From Hydrolagus affinis (Eukaryota), in NCBI GenBank assembly GCA_012026655.1, contig JAAILG010001046.1, forward strand, positions 1 through 64,000: a stretch of DNA of 64,000 bases, given 5' to 3'. Below the pieces are notes generated by a model. It saw nothing but the letters and a program-made list of their open reading frames with translations, did no database searches and was not told where the DNA came from. The translations under genes and the position numbers were made by a program. Shown here piece by piece: positions 37,751 through 49,755 of this stretch (the first letter of the stretch is position 1; each line of letters starts with the position of its first letter).

Positions 37751-38200
37751 CTCGCAAGTGCCTTCAGACACATCCACACACACATATACATATACAGACA
37801 CATATACATCGCCGGCAAAGCAAGTCAGGCACTGACATTGATCCCACTGTAATAAGACATTAGATCGAAAATAAGACTTTGTTTTTTTGTGTGTGTGTGA
37901 GGGGGTGGGGAGCTGGAAGATAGGATAGGGTGGGAGGATAGAAGGGGAGTTTCTCACCCCCCACACCTCCCTCCAATGGACACACATTGAAGCTGTCTGC
38001 CGAGCTTGGGGGGGGGGGGGGGTTGCTAACCGGGCATCTTGTTCTGTCTGGGCTGGATTTTAACGTTGAGGTTATGAAGCAGCAATAAAGGATCGGAAAT
38101 AATAAGGTAATTTCTTGTTTCTTCCCTAACCCCACCCCACCTCTCTCTCTCTCTCTCTCTCCCCCCACCCCCACATCTCCACTTCTGCAAAAAAAAACTG

Positions 38201-38300
38201 NNNNNNNNNNNNNNNNNNNNNNNNNNNNNNNNNNNNNNNNNNNNNNNNNNNNNNNNNNNNNNNNNNNNNNNNNNNNNNNNNNNNNNNNNNNNNNNNNNNN
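38201..38300. other. Assembly gap (100 N) in putative ZNFX1 intron 1
   Basis: N run. Confidence 0.99.
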
Positions 38301-41300
38301 GATTTATTTATTCATCGTTTTTCACTTGGGTTTTTGTGTGTGTTGTGAGGGTGGTGGGGGGTGGGGGGGAATGAAGTTATTTATCCAGGAAGTACAGTTT
38401 CTACCCCCAAACCACGATCCGGAAGCATAAGTCTTGTTTTTGTTTGAAAGCATTTTAATGATTTCTTTCTCTTTCTTATCTTTTAAAAGAAAAGGAGGAG
38501 GTTGGACAACAAGGGGTTGTGGTTGGGGGTGAGGGGGTGGGGGGGTGAGGGGGAGAGAGGGGGGCAACAAGGTAGAGAGATCGATTCCCCTCTTTCCCCC
38601 CCCCCTCCCCCTCTTTCCAACAAAAATAATTTGCACCTTTTTGTTTTGATGGGTGGGGGTTGTAAGATTGTACAGAATGGGATGTGGGGTGAGGGTGAAG
38701 AGAGAGGTTGGGTGCTGTATGGAGGGTGTGAAACACACACACAAACACACATACATACACACAGTCTTTTGACATAAGATCTGAGTCTCTTTTAATGGTG
38801 ATGTCAGAGTGGAGGAGGAGGAGGAGGAGATTGGTGACCTATTTCTGTTTTATCAACGCAAACTGAACCTGTCTATATACATACAGACACACAACATACA
38901 CACAGACACACACCCTTTCCATCTGGGTCTTTTGGCTAAGATCGAGTGCGTTAACGGAGAGTTGTTCCCCCAACACCCCACCCGCTTCATCTCTCTGCCT
39001 CTCTTCCCCCCCCCCCCTCCCCCCACTTTATGGACAGGTTTACCACAGCTCGAGCGCTGGGTCAATAGGATCAGGCCAGCCTTGCCCAGACAAGAGAGAC
39101 CATTCTTGTTACCTTGATTTGCTCGGGTGGCCATGAAGAAAGCAATCAGATCTGTGTCTTCCTTTGGCGATTTGGGACCTAGATTTTGTGTGTGTGTTTG
39201 TGCACGGGGTGGTGGGTGGGGGGTGTGACAGTGGTGCGAAGGGTTGTCTGGGTGACAGCTCTCATTCCTTTTTGGGTTCAGTGGGGATCAGTGGGCTCTA
39301 ATCTTGCTCACCGAATTTGTTTATGTTCTTGTCTTGTTAGTCCTTGGGCTGTCCATCTAGCAGTGCTCACCCTTCGAGGTTTGGTTATGTAGGGATAGGC
39401 ATGATCCAAATCCCCATGATTTATTGGCAGTGTCCCCAGCTTGGGTCTGAAACAATGACTGCCCAGAGCCTTGGGATATCCTCCTGACACGAAAGGTGCT
39501 ATACAAGTGTAATTTTGTTGTTGTTGTTGTTGTTGGGGCCATGGGTGATGAGAGCCTCTGTTGGCTGGGATCGAGATGCTGGAGACCTGATCTGAGGAGT
39601 TTGATCTGCCCTCACAAAGAGGAGCAGAGAAATTGGAACACACATCTAACTTCCTTGAGCCCTTGGTCACCAAGGTTCAGGCTAGGTTGCCAGGGCCAGA
39701 ATGACGATCCTGTCATTTGACTTGCTCAAGTAGTTGTGAGTAAGGAATGGGGTTCACATCGTCCCATAATGATTTGGGGCCCAGATTTGTGCGGGTGGGG
39801 AGGGGGAATAATTGTCTGAGGAACAACTTATGTTCTATTTGAGGAATAGTATTCAGTCTAATTTGGCTTGATGACAACCTCAGTCACCAAACAAAATCCC
39901 TTATTCAATCATTTGCTCGGATTCTGACAAGATGGTCAAAAATCTTGCTTATTGTTCACAGAGGAAGTAGCTTTTAAATGGCACAAACCTCCACATTTCA
40001 GCTAACACCCAAGTTGGATGGAAATGAAACTAACTTCTACGTGGTTTTACATAAATGATGCAATTTTACTAGATCTGATTCCACCCTGCTCCCCCCTCCC
40101 GCATGCACGCACACGCACACACACACATCACTCTAAACTAGTTAAATAAACTGACGCTTTTTTGAAACATGTTAAGCTGGTTGAAAAAAAAAGTGTTTTG
40201 CTGCGTATCTGAGTGTTCACTGCAATCACTTACTGACAAATAAAATCTTAAAAGGCAGAGTGCCTCCCACAAGAACCTTGAATTAGCTGAGGTGTTAAGA
40301 AGAGAGAAGAAAGGTCAGAGCTGTATCTACAGCTTAATATTCTTTCAACAATATTTGTTGAAATGTAAGGTGTTGTGCTTTGCCATGTGCTTAGGGCAGG
40401 TATGAAGTTCCTTACCTGAAGTGGGTAAGGGAAGGGTTTGCTTATGCTCAGAAGTCCATCATCACTTTGGCAATGCTTCCAATATGCGTTCGGCAGCTGG
40501 TACTGGAGCTCCTCTGGTGACTGGCAGGTACCTGGGAGCAGACCGGTGAACAGGTGACAAGAACAGTGACCTCAACTAGACAATATTGATGGCCTGGGTG
40601 GGATTAGGTATGGTACCAAACAGGGAGGGGAGACAGAAACGAGTCATGGATCAAGAAAAACAAAATTACAAATTTTGTATCGCGCCTTTCGTGTCAGAAG
40701 GACGTCCCAAGGCCTTAGGCAATCGGTGTTTAGCCTGAACATCCAGCACCTTACTGCAGCCCGCTCAGAACCTCTCATATTAGCTTGGTTGAATTGGTAG
40801 CACTCATACTTCTGGTTTAGATAAATTAATCATTTGTTTCACAGTTGCTCATGGGACCCACGATGTTTCCCTTCAAATACACTACAATAAACCTTGCTTC
40901 TGATGTTCTTTGAAATGTTTCAAAGCATTTCATAAGCGCTGTGGGAAATGCTAGGATTATTTATAGTTTGTTTTTCTTTTTTGTAATATAAATAGCAGAA
41001 GAGGGAAGCATAGCTACAATGATCATTTGACTAATAATTGTGATTTAAAATCCCAAATATCAAGTAAATTATTTGTCCAGCAGTAAAGAATAAGGTCACT
41101 ACCTCTTGTCATTTCAAATCCAATCTGCAAATGTCAGAGATACATATCTACATATGCTGATTGGTTGTTTTTTGTTGATTATTTTCATATACAGTGTGTG
41201 TATATATATATGTGTTGGTTAAATAATTTTTTGAAGCTCACTGATGTTCCAATGAGCCAATTTTCCCCAATGCTCACCATCCGAAGATAAAAAGGGGAAA

Positions 41301-42759
41301 ATAATAATAATAACGCTTGCATTTGATGTTAGCACTTTTCACATCTTCCAGACATCTCAAAAGGCTTCACAGAATATACTGTAAAGTGAATTGACTGAAT
41401 ATTTGTGGGTGAAACAACACATATTCAAAATATATTTTCCCTGAAAATGGCATCAAAAGTCTTCATTCTTTTAAAAACTAGAAATGGACAGAATTCCCCG
41501 AAGGAAAAAATTGAAAGCTAATCACATTTGTGTGCTACAGTTTTTATTGCGGAATAAGAGCATGTGTATTATATTTCAAAAAGGTATTCTTTGTATCAGT
41601 TAAGAGTGCAAGGGTTGGTTTTCTCCTGTAAAATTGTCCAGCATCATTTGGGAGAAAGAGAGAAAACAGACAGCGTTCTTTATACTTGCAGCTCATTTTA
41701 CAAGCACGCAATGTAATGATGTCATTGGAGACATAACCATGTCTGTGCGTGACCTTAACACAAAGTGCAGCAAGAAGGATGCTGAACTCTCTGATACCAA
41801 TTTAATTTTTTGCATCCTTTCCACAACCCCCTGTAAAGACTGTGACTCACTGCTTCTTAATTCACTGCTTAAAGCAACTCTCTTTTGAGTTGTTTTTTTG
41901 CCGTCATTCAAACCACTAGGAAACTGTTGCCGCTGATCTTACAGCAACTTTGTCAATTTTAGAAGGGAGCAATGATCGGAAGACGTAATGTAATGGAAGA
42001 TGAACATACTGCAGGTGTTTCTCATACTAAATATAACCAGTCAGCTTGTTTGTTGTACAGTAGTAAGCCTGAAAACAACCATAACACTGGGGAATGAAGC
42101 CTGTTTTTTTTTCCTGTAAAGTACTGTAGTACTGTATGGAATAGTATCTCTTAGTGACAGTTTGTGTAGATATTATTTGCCATAGTAATTAAGCACATTG
42201 CTTTCATTTATTAACTAAGGGTAACCATGGCTGCACAGAAAAATGAGGTCATCGTGTTCAGACCTGTTTTATTATTACACTCTGCATTCGCATCCAAAGA
42301 GTTGTGGAAAATCCCTCTTTAGCTTGTACACAAACAGTACCCATTACATACTGATGTCCATGCACTGTTTTGCCCAATGTTTCCCCTTTTTCGTAGCCTT
42401 TCCCAGTAATGTTTGCGTAAATCATGTTTACCATGAGTGATTGTCAATGCATTTGTGGTCAGCCTGGTTTTGGACTCATACTGTACATGTAATTTGACTC
42501 TGATCACTGAACAAGCCTCATCCAGTGATTTGCAAGAAACGAGTTCCGTTTGTGAACAGTCTCAAATTGATTTGAAAAACATTTCTTCTCCTACCCTTCC
42601 ATTGAATCGCTTACGGTCTCAATGTGCCAATTGAGATCTGCTGAATGTCTCACGCATTCATTTTGTCCCATCACTGGTGGGCAAGCCTCTGCCACCTTTG
42701 CCCCTACACTCTGGAACTCTCTCCTGCAGTCTTTTATTCCCTTTCCTTGTACCTGGATA

Positions 42760-43010
42760 AGGTTTCAGAGAAGCCTGACGTACTTTACCTGAGTGGTTAT
42801 TATTTACGTATGAGCCTTGACAGTGTGTGTCAACAGGTTGTTTACCAGCTGAGCCTGTTCTTGTTCTCACCAGTCACAATCAACAACCCTGGCTGGTTTC
42901 CCTCTTTCTCAACCAAGAGCCTTGAAGCTAATTTCAGTGCCCCAATTGCTATCATGAGTGAGATCAGCTACTTCAGTGCAAATCATGATTTGATTCAAGA
43001 CTTTCTGGCC
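42760..43010 (-). mobile_element. Ancient SINE remnant (AmnSINE2-like, from recall)
   Basis: Minus strand reads gtagctgatctca...cagccagggtt...gtgagaacaagaacaggctcagctg...cactgtcaaggctca; related pieces at about 9120, 13480 and 30450. Confidence 0.5.
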
Positions 43011-45184
43011 CATTGATGAGCCAGAAACTGACTTTACCCACAAAATATACAGCGATATAAAATAACATTACATTTGTATAGCGCCTTTCATGTTGGGAGG
43101 ACATCCCAAAGTGCTGGATATAGTTAAGTCACTTTACAGTATATTCTGTGAAGCACTTTGAGATTTTTCATGATGGGCGATGTATCAAATGCAAGGATTA
43201 TTATCAACCGATCAGATCACTGAGGGAATCCATTGGTTCATTTTTAATTTACTCAGAACTGTCATAAAAGATTGGGATGGAGACGACCAATATGGTTGTG
43301 TAATAATTCCAAGGTTCATGATATAATACAAATAGTTCAATTTATTCCTAAAACTGAGACAGTAGATATAGTAGAATCAATATTGATTCCACTGGGAAAG
43401 CGTACTGGCTCTCTGTGACAACTCCCATCTATTCCATACTTACCTCTTTCATTTATGCCCCAATTTAGCCCATGTGAAATTCCAAAAATGGAATTCAAAG
43501 GTTGATTTACCCAATTATATCCAAAGGTTGATTAGGCAATCATATGCCAGACTGATTCATCCAATCACATTTCCTTACTCAGGGTACCCCACTGGTTATC
43601 AAGGTTTAATCTCAGGAATTTGTGGTTGTTCTCAAAGCCTTTGATACGAAGTGTGGAAAATTCATTGTCTTGACTGACACCTTGAAGTCATTAAAATCTT
43701 CTCCCAACCAAACCGCAAGGCACTAATCTTCCAAATTTGGAGGAAGGAGCAACACCTATCCATCAAGTTTTGCTCAAATGTGTCACAAAACCCAAACGCA
43801 CAGACCTCCACTCCCCTTTGTGGTCCCACACTTTATAACACAATGCTTAAGATCAATCAAGATATTGCTCACAATCCTTACACACACACACACTTGGTAT
43901 TAAACAATGATTCGACTGTAATCTTACACAGTAATTGGTTCTTTAATATAATGAAGTTCCAGTTGGATGCTCAGAACTTTTCAACTTTGTTTTTAAGAGT
44001 TATTATGCAGCCTTGATTTTTTTGGTCAACTGATTGTATCCAAACCAAACTGAGAATTCCATGCATCCCATTTACACATAAAAATCCCAGAGATAGATTG
44101 TTGGAATGGAAGGCTCACTCTCTTCCTGGAGAGACGCATCCTAATTCCAGAAAGTATCAGGTGCAGATTGAAGAGAGGCAAGAGTGTACGTTGAAGTACA
44201 GCTGGAATTTGACCGGCTAAAATTGGACAGCTTGCTGTCTGGCAAGCTTTTCCATTGCTTGTCCAGCAAATCTACCGACTCACAAACTCATACAAGATGT
44301 TTTGACAATGGTACATTAAATGCATGGATTATTATTTACTGTTATTTTAATCCTAAATTCATTTGTAGTGATGTGAACTCTTGAAATAGTGCCGGAAGAA
44401 TGGATCCTTCATCTTATATCCAGTACTGCAAGGCCAAGAATAGGATACTTGGGTTCAGAACAAAGCTCCTTCAATTCTGTCCCTAGTGAATAAGAGTTTA
44501 GAACTGAGCAGAGTTTTCAACTATGCCTAAGAATATTTATGATGTTCCATTCCAACAAGATGCATTTGGCATCGTTTGCTGTGCATACAAAATTTGTCAA
44601 TGTTGTTTCATATTACAGCCTCTCTGAATAATAATGTGAATTTAAGTTTGATTGAAGAAAATTACATTTTGTTATTGTTGAGGGTGAAAACTCATTATGC
44701 CTTACTGTACTGTACCCCAGAATGTTTTCTTTGATAGTAAAAATTTATTTATGAGCACAGCAAGTTCTGTAGATATAATTATACGCGAAGGAAGCTTACT
44801 GTCATTTGTGGAGAGACAATTTACTCAAACTATTGTGCAACTAGTAAGATTAATATCTTTTATTTATTGACTTAGGTCAGCATTGAAGAACGGGTGAGTG
44901 TGTACGTGAAAAATGGGTTTTGCTTCATTTCACAGTATTATAATTTTGTTTTAAGTAGAAATCCTGGTAAATGTGTGGTTCTAATATCCTGTGTCAGAAT
45001 CAAGCTCTCCCATTTGTAGGAGGCTTAAATACAGAGCAAAGCTCACTGTGCTCTACCTTGAAAGGATTGGCCTCAACCACCAAAAAACTATAGTAGTACA
45101 ATGGTGTGATACTGTATTGTCTCATTGCATCTGAATTCAGGGCTGTTTTGTGTTGTCAAATGTGGACACTTGGTGCTGGAACGT

Positions 45185-45487
45185 AATAATAATAATAATT
45201 TTTGCATTTGATATAGTGTCTTCTAGGCATCTCAAAGCGCTTGGCAGGGCAGGCTCAAGGGGCCGAATGGCCTATTCCTGCTCCTTATTCTTATGTTCAC
45301 TTCATAGAATATACTGTAAAGTGAATTGACTGTATATTAGTGGGCGAAATGCGGCAGCCAATTGCAAACAGCAACAGTCGTGGATTGAAATGACCGATTT
45401 TTTTTTTGAGAGATTATTATCAGGCGTGTGGAGTATGGCAACATTCCCAAGGTTTCGTCCTGCCTGGAATTGAACCCAGGTCTCTCC
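45185..45487 (-). mobile_element. SINE, short class, interrupted by a CR1 tail (45243-45299, +)
   Basis: ctcaaagcgctt[ggcagggcaggctcaaggggccgaatggcctattcctgctccttattcttatgttca]cttcatagaatatac. Confidence 0.87.
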
Positions 45488-47454
45488 TGTACCCTGTACC
45501 CAGAATGTGTGTGTATTGGGGTTGTGGATGGGTGGGATAGGGGGTGTTAAAGTATGTTAAAAGAAATGCTGAGTAACCAGGATTAACAATAACCATCAAT
45601 CAGGAAGTGAATAAGAATGCTGAATCTCTCATTGCCTGGAAATTGGTGGAAACTCCCTTCAGTTTATTCAATTATTTTTTTCTCTGAGGAATTTTCCCCC
45701 CCACAACTCACCCCTTTCAGCATTGGGAATTGGAAATGTCACAAATCCCCCCAAACTGGCTACACCCACCATGCTCCCAAACTATTGTTCTGATTATGCA
45801 TTTCAACATTGTTTCATATCTCAGTGGTGAAGATTGAGAACACACAGAATGCAGAGTAATGGGCTGGAATTCTGTTTGGCATTTTGTGCAGCTCTGTGGT
45901 GGGCGGGTTAGTGTCCCCTTAGTATTATCTATCAGAAGTCTACCGCTCAGTAAGCGCTGCCTTATGGCCCAGGTCATGTATTGGGAATGATTAATAATCT
46001 CTCATTGACTATTTGAGGCCGGTCTCAACCAATCCCAGGGAGTGGACGGAATTGGGGAAGAGGGGTTCCTTAACAGTAAAACTTAGAGTGAATGGCGCAG
46101 AATAACAAATGTGTTGAGCACCAAAGTGCGCAGAGCAGCGCATTTCAAAAATAGACTAGTAGCTGTTCGAGAGTCTAAAAGCTTAATCTCTTGATCTCTT
46201 GCACATCAAAACAGCTGAAATATTAATATATGTAGCAACATCGTGAATGGTTATGTACTGTAACACCCCAATTATTTTCAGTAGTTTTCTCTGGCACCGA
46301 TGGGCTGTTTCCACCTGATTTTCAGCCTAATCTGACAGTAGATATAACACACAAGAGGAAACCTGATGCATACATCAACCACAACAACAGTTTCGATTTA
46401 TATAGCGGCCTCCACGCCAGATGGCGTCTCAGAGCGCTTGACATGATGGGAAAGGGAATGGAGGAGTATAGAAGAGGCAACTAGGAAGGGAGGAGGTTCT
46501 TGCGGAGGATAAACATTGCACAGTCCAGTGGACCCAAATGGTCTGTTTGTGCCCTCTTCATTCTCTATAATGTTATGCAATATATTGGCTGTTTCACCTG
46601 GGTCAATACTCTGTTCTTTCAGCGATGGATGAATGTGCAGCTCATTCAGCAAACAAAGCTCACGATAGCAACACTATAAGGAGACCAAATGCCTGCATGG
46701 AAGTCACGGTCACATTTCGATATCATAATTATCACTTTTGAAAACTCCTTATATTTCACCCTTCAGTTACAGGAGTGGGGGGGAAAAAAAGAGTGCAAAT
46801 GGTTCAGTTTCAGTGCTGAGAGTTTGGAGGCAGGAAAGTTATGGTGGTAATAATAATAATAATCCTTACATTTGCCATAGCACTTTATTATGTTGTCAAA
46901 ATATCTCTTCACATTGTTTACTGTAAGGTGTAAGGTATGATAAAATAACTGCCCATTTGTAGGTGAAAGCGGAAGCCAATTTGCATACAGCAACAAGCTG
47001 TAACATTTGCAATGCTTCTTCTTAACCCATTGCGTATGCTGATTAACAAAGGATGAGTTAAGAAATACCTACCAAATAGCATTTGCTAACACTTTTATTT
47101 CAGCACCGTTTGCACACAATCCCACCGTTTACATGACTGCCTTTACCAACAAGAACATGGTTTTATAGTCACACTGGTATCAATTGTCAGCATAAGATGA
47201 AATGCATGTAAATACACATGTCCACGGCATTTAGCCTGATTCCACCTTCAAACCATTATATATCGCAGGTGGCGATCTAACAAATTAGGGTTTATTTCCA
47301 TTATCACTAGAAATCTTTGCTACAGATCTTTGATATATTCTTCAAACATACCACACAATTGCACAAATTTCAATGGCAAAGACTCCTGTTGACTCTTCTT
47401 ATCAAAATAGTACGTAATGGTGTAATCCACTTGATGTACAGCAGGTTGTTCCCA

Positions 47455-47560
47455 ATGGATCCTGAGCAATGGAAGAAGAGCCAAGAAGTAGAGGTGGTGA
47501 ACCCCTACAGAAGGCATGTCACACCAGAATGGTCAAGAGCAAACTCCGGCAGAGGAAATG
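47455..47560 (+). CDS. ZNFX1: ZNFX1 first coding exon
   Basis: cagcag| acceptor at 47444; ATG GAT CCT...AAT G|gtgagt; phase 1 fits the next exon; start codon choice uncertain (see findings). Confidence 0.65.
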
Positions 47561-47821
47561 GTGAGTGAGCGAGTTACAGACTGCGCAGTTTGCTTCTCCT
47601 TATTGCAGGTTCTGTTTCTACTCTCCGGTTGCTAACATTTCATTTTCAATGGTGAATTGGTGGAATGCTTTTTGGACCTTCAAAAATGTTCTTAAAGCAA
47701 ATTTACTTACTTAATCCACAATTGTTTGTGAGACAATTGGCTGCTGCCTTTCGCCCACAAAATACAGTCAATTTACTGTGAAGTGCTTTGAAAGATCTAG
47801 AAGAGGTGATAAGACATTATT

Positions 47822-48340
47822 TCATCCAAAACTCTGCAGCTCATGTCCTCTCTCGCACCAGCTCTATGAACCCATCATTCCCACCCTCGCCCAGTTCCAC
47901 TGTCTCCCTATCCCTCAGAGGATAGATTTCAAGATACTCGTCCTCACTTTCAAGTCCATCCACGGCCTTGCCCACTCCTACCTCTCTGACCTGCTGACCT
48001 TCTATCAACCTGTCCGCTCCCTCCATTCAGCAGGCTCCGATCTGCTCCATGTCACACACCCGACCCGCCCTACTATTGGTGGCCAGGCTTTCAGTCTCTT
48101 CCTCCACACATTGGGACTCCATCCCACAATCCCTTTGCCTTGCTCTCTCCCTTGCCTCCTTCGAGACTGGACTCAAAACCCTCCTTTTCGATCATGTCTT
48201 CAGCCTCCCTCCTATCTCTCTGTCCTCCCTCATCCCAACTCTGCCTCCCCCTTGGGTCCTGACTCCTGACTGTTCAGCGCCTTGAGAAGTCCTCCCTACA
48301 TGAAAGGCACTCTATCAATCTAATTTTGTTGTTGTTATTG
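47822..48340 (+). mobile_element. L2 3' fragment nested in a SINE tail (SINE 47713-48379)
   Basis: ORF 47778 reads PTLAQFHCLPIPQRIDFKILVLTFKSIHGLAHSYLSDLL; the SINE tail resumes as tatatcaaacgcaagga after (TTG)n. Confidence 0.88.
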
Positions 48341-49755
48341 TATATCAAACGCAAGGATCTTTTTTTATTATTATTATTACATGAATCATGGTAGGGTGGA
48401 GTTTCCTGAGACATGAGATCATAGGGGTCTTTTCCATCAAAACATCTCATGTGATCTTAATGTAATTAGCCACAATTTTTGTGTGTTTATGTATGTGTTT
48501 AAGTTATTGTAGAAACATCAGATTTCCCCTCTCAATCAGACTTAAATCAGATCTCATCCGGAACATCAAAATTGGCCTCAGCACACCAGTGGTAAAGGAG
48601 AAGTTTTAAAGAAAACAACCAGTCTTACCCACTTCAGAATGCTATTACATGCAGGAATATAGGAAAGTACCTACAAAATAGACAAGTCACTACATTTCAC
48701 ATAAAATCAAATGCAAGGATTAATTCTTATGAAGCAGTTTGACATGAAAGGCTTTATATCAGTTTCAAGAATTATGTTTACATTGGCCAAGGGCTTGATC
48801 AATTCATACATTAATAATGGCTCGTTGTAGGCATTGAGAAGCATATTCAGCATATGTCAGCATTTCAAAAAAGTGGAGGAAGTAACCTAGAAAGTGCCTG
48901 ATTCTGCTCATAAATGGTTGATTAAACAGGAAAGACCTTTAGATTATCAGATCATTAACGACAAGGAGCATTATGCAGAAAGGGGTATGTTAAGTCACAA
49001 CCTCCAGCTTTATGCTTGATTCTGTGAAACAAACCATTGCACATGGAGTCTGTGGGGAAGATCAATATGATTCTATAAATGAATTGGCAGTGCAACAATA
49101 ATAAATAATAATTCTTGCATTTGATATTGCCTGATCACATTGTCATGATACTGTATCTCAAAGTGTTTCACAGGATATTCTGTAAAGTGGATTGAATGTA
49201 TTTTGTGGTGAATTACAGCAGCCAGTTTGCACACAGCAATGCACCCTTTGTAATATTTGTAAATTCCAAAACACAATTTAGATTCACTAGTTTTTTTATT
49301 TAAACCTTACACCTGCACTCTCTTCCACAACCTGGTCAGTCACTTTCCCAGAATATTCTTATGCTTTTTATGCTTGCTTGCCATCGGTCACCCTCCTTCC
49401 CCCACTTCACGCCCCGATCGTGACCCCCAGCTGGGTTCCAAAACACTGACTGTCCAACACCTTGGGACGTCCTCCCGACGTGAAAGGCGCAATAGAAATG
49501 TAATTTTGTGTGATTGCTTCTCGTTGTCAATGTCAATTGCCAATTAAGTCTTAAAGCAATTTGCTAGACCACTAACAGGCATGATTGAGTGACTGTTTCT
49601 TTTTATTTAAGGTATTTGTTGACTAGACCAGAGGAAACTCCCTTTGTTTGAGATGATGATCTCTTAAGAAAGCGGACGTTACATATATAGCCACAGTAAA
49701 GTAGATTCCATTACAAAATGTATCACTGATGTTTTTAATTTTTATTAAACCTCAG

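Noticed and set aside
40445-40466. C/D-box pair on the minus strand (GTGATGA...CTGA)
   Set aside because: Boxes only about 7 nt apart, no terminal stem or rRNA guide, and no SNORD12-like sequence
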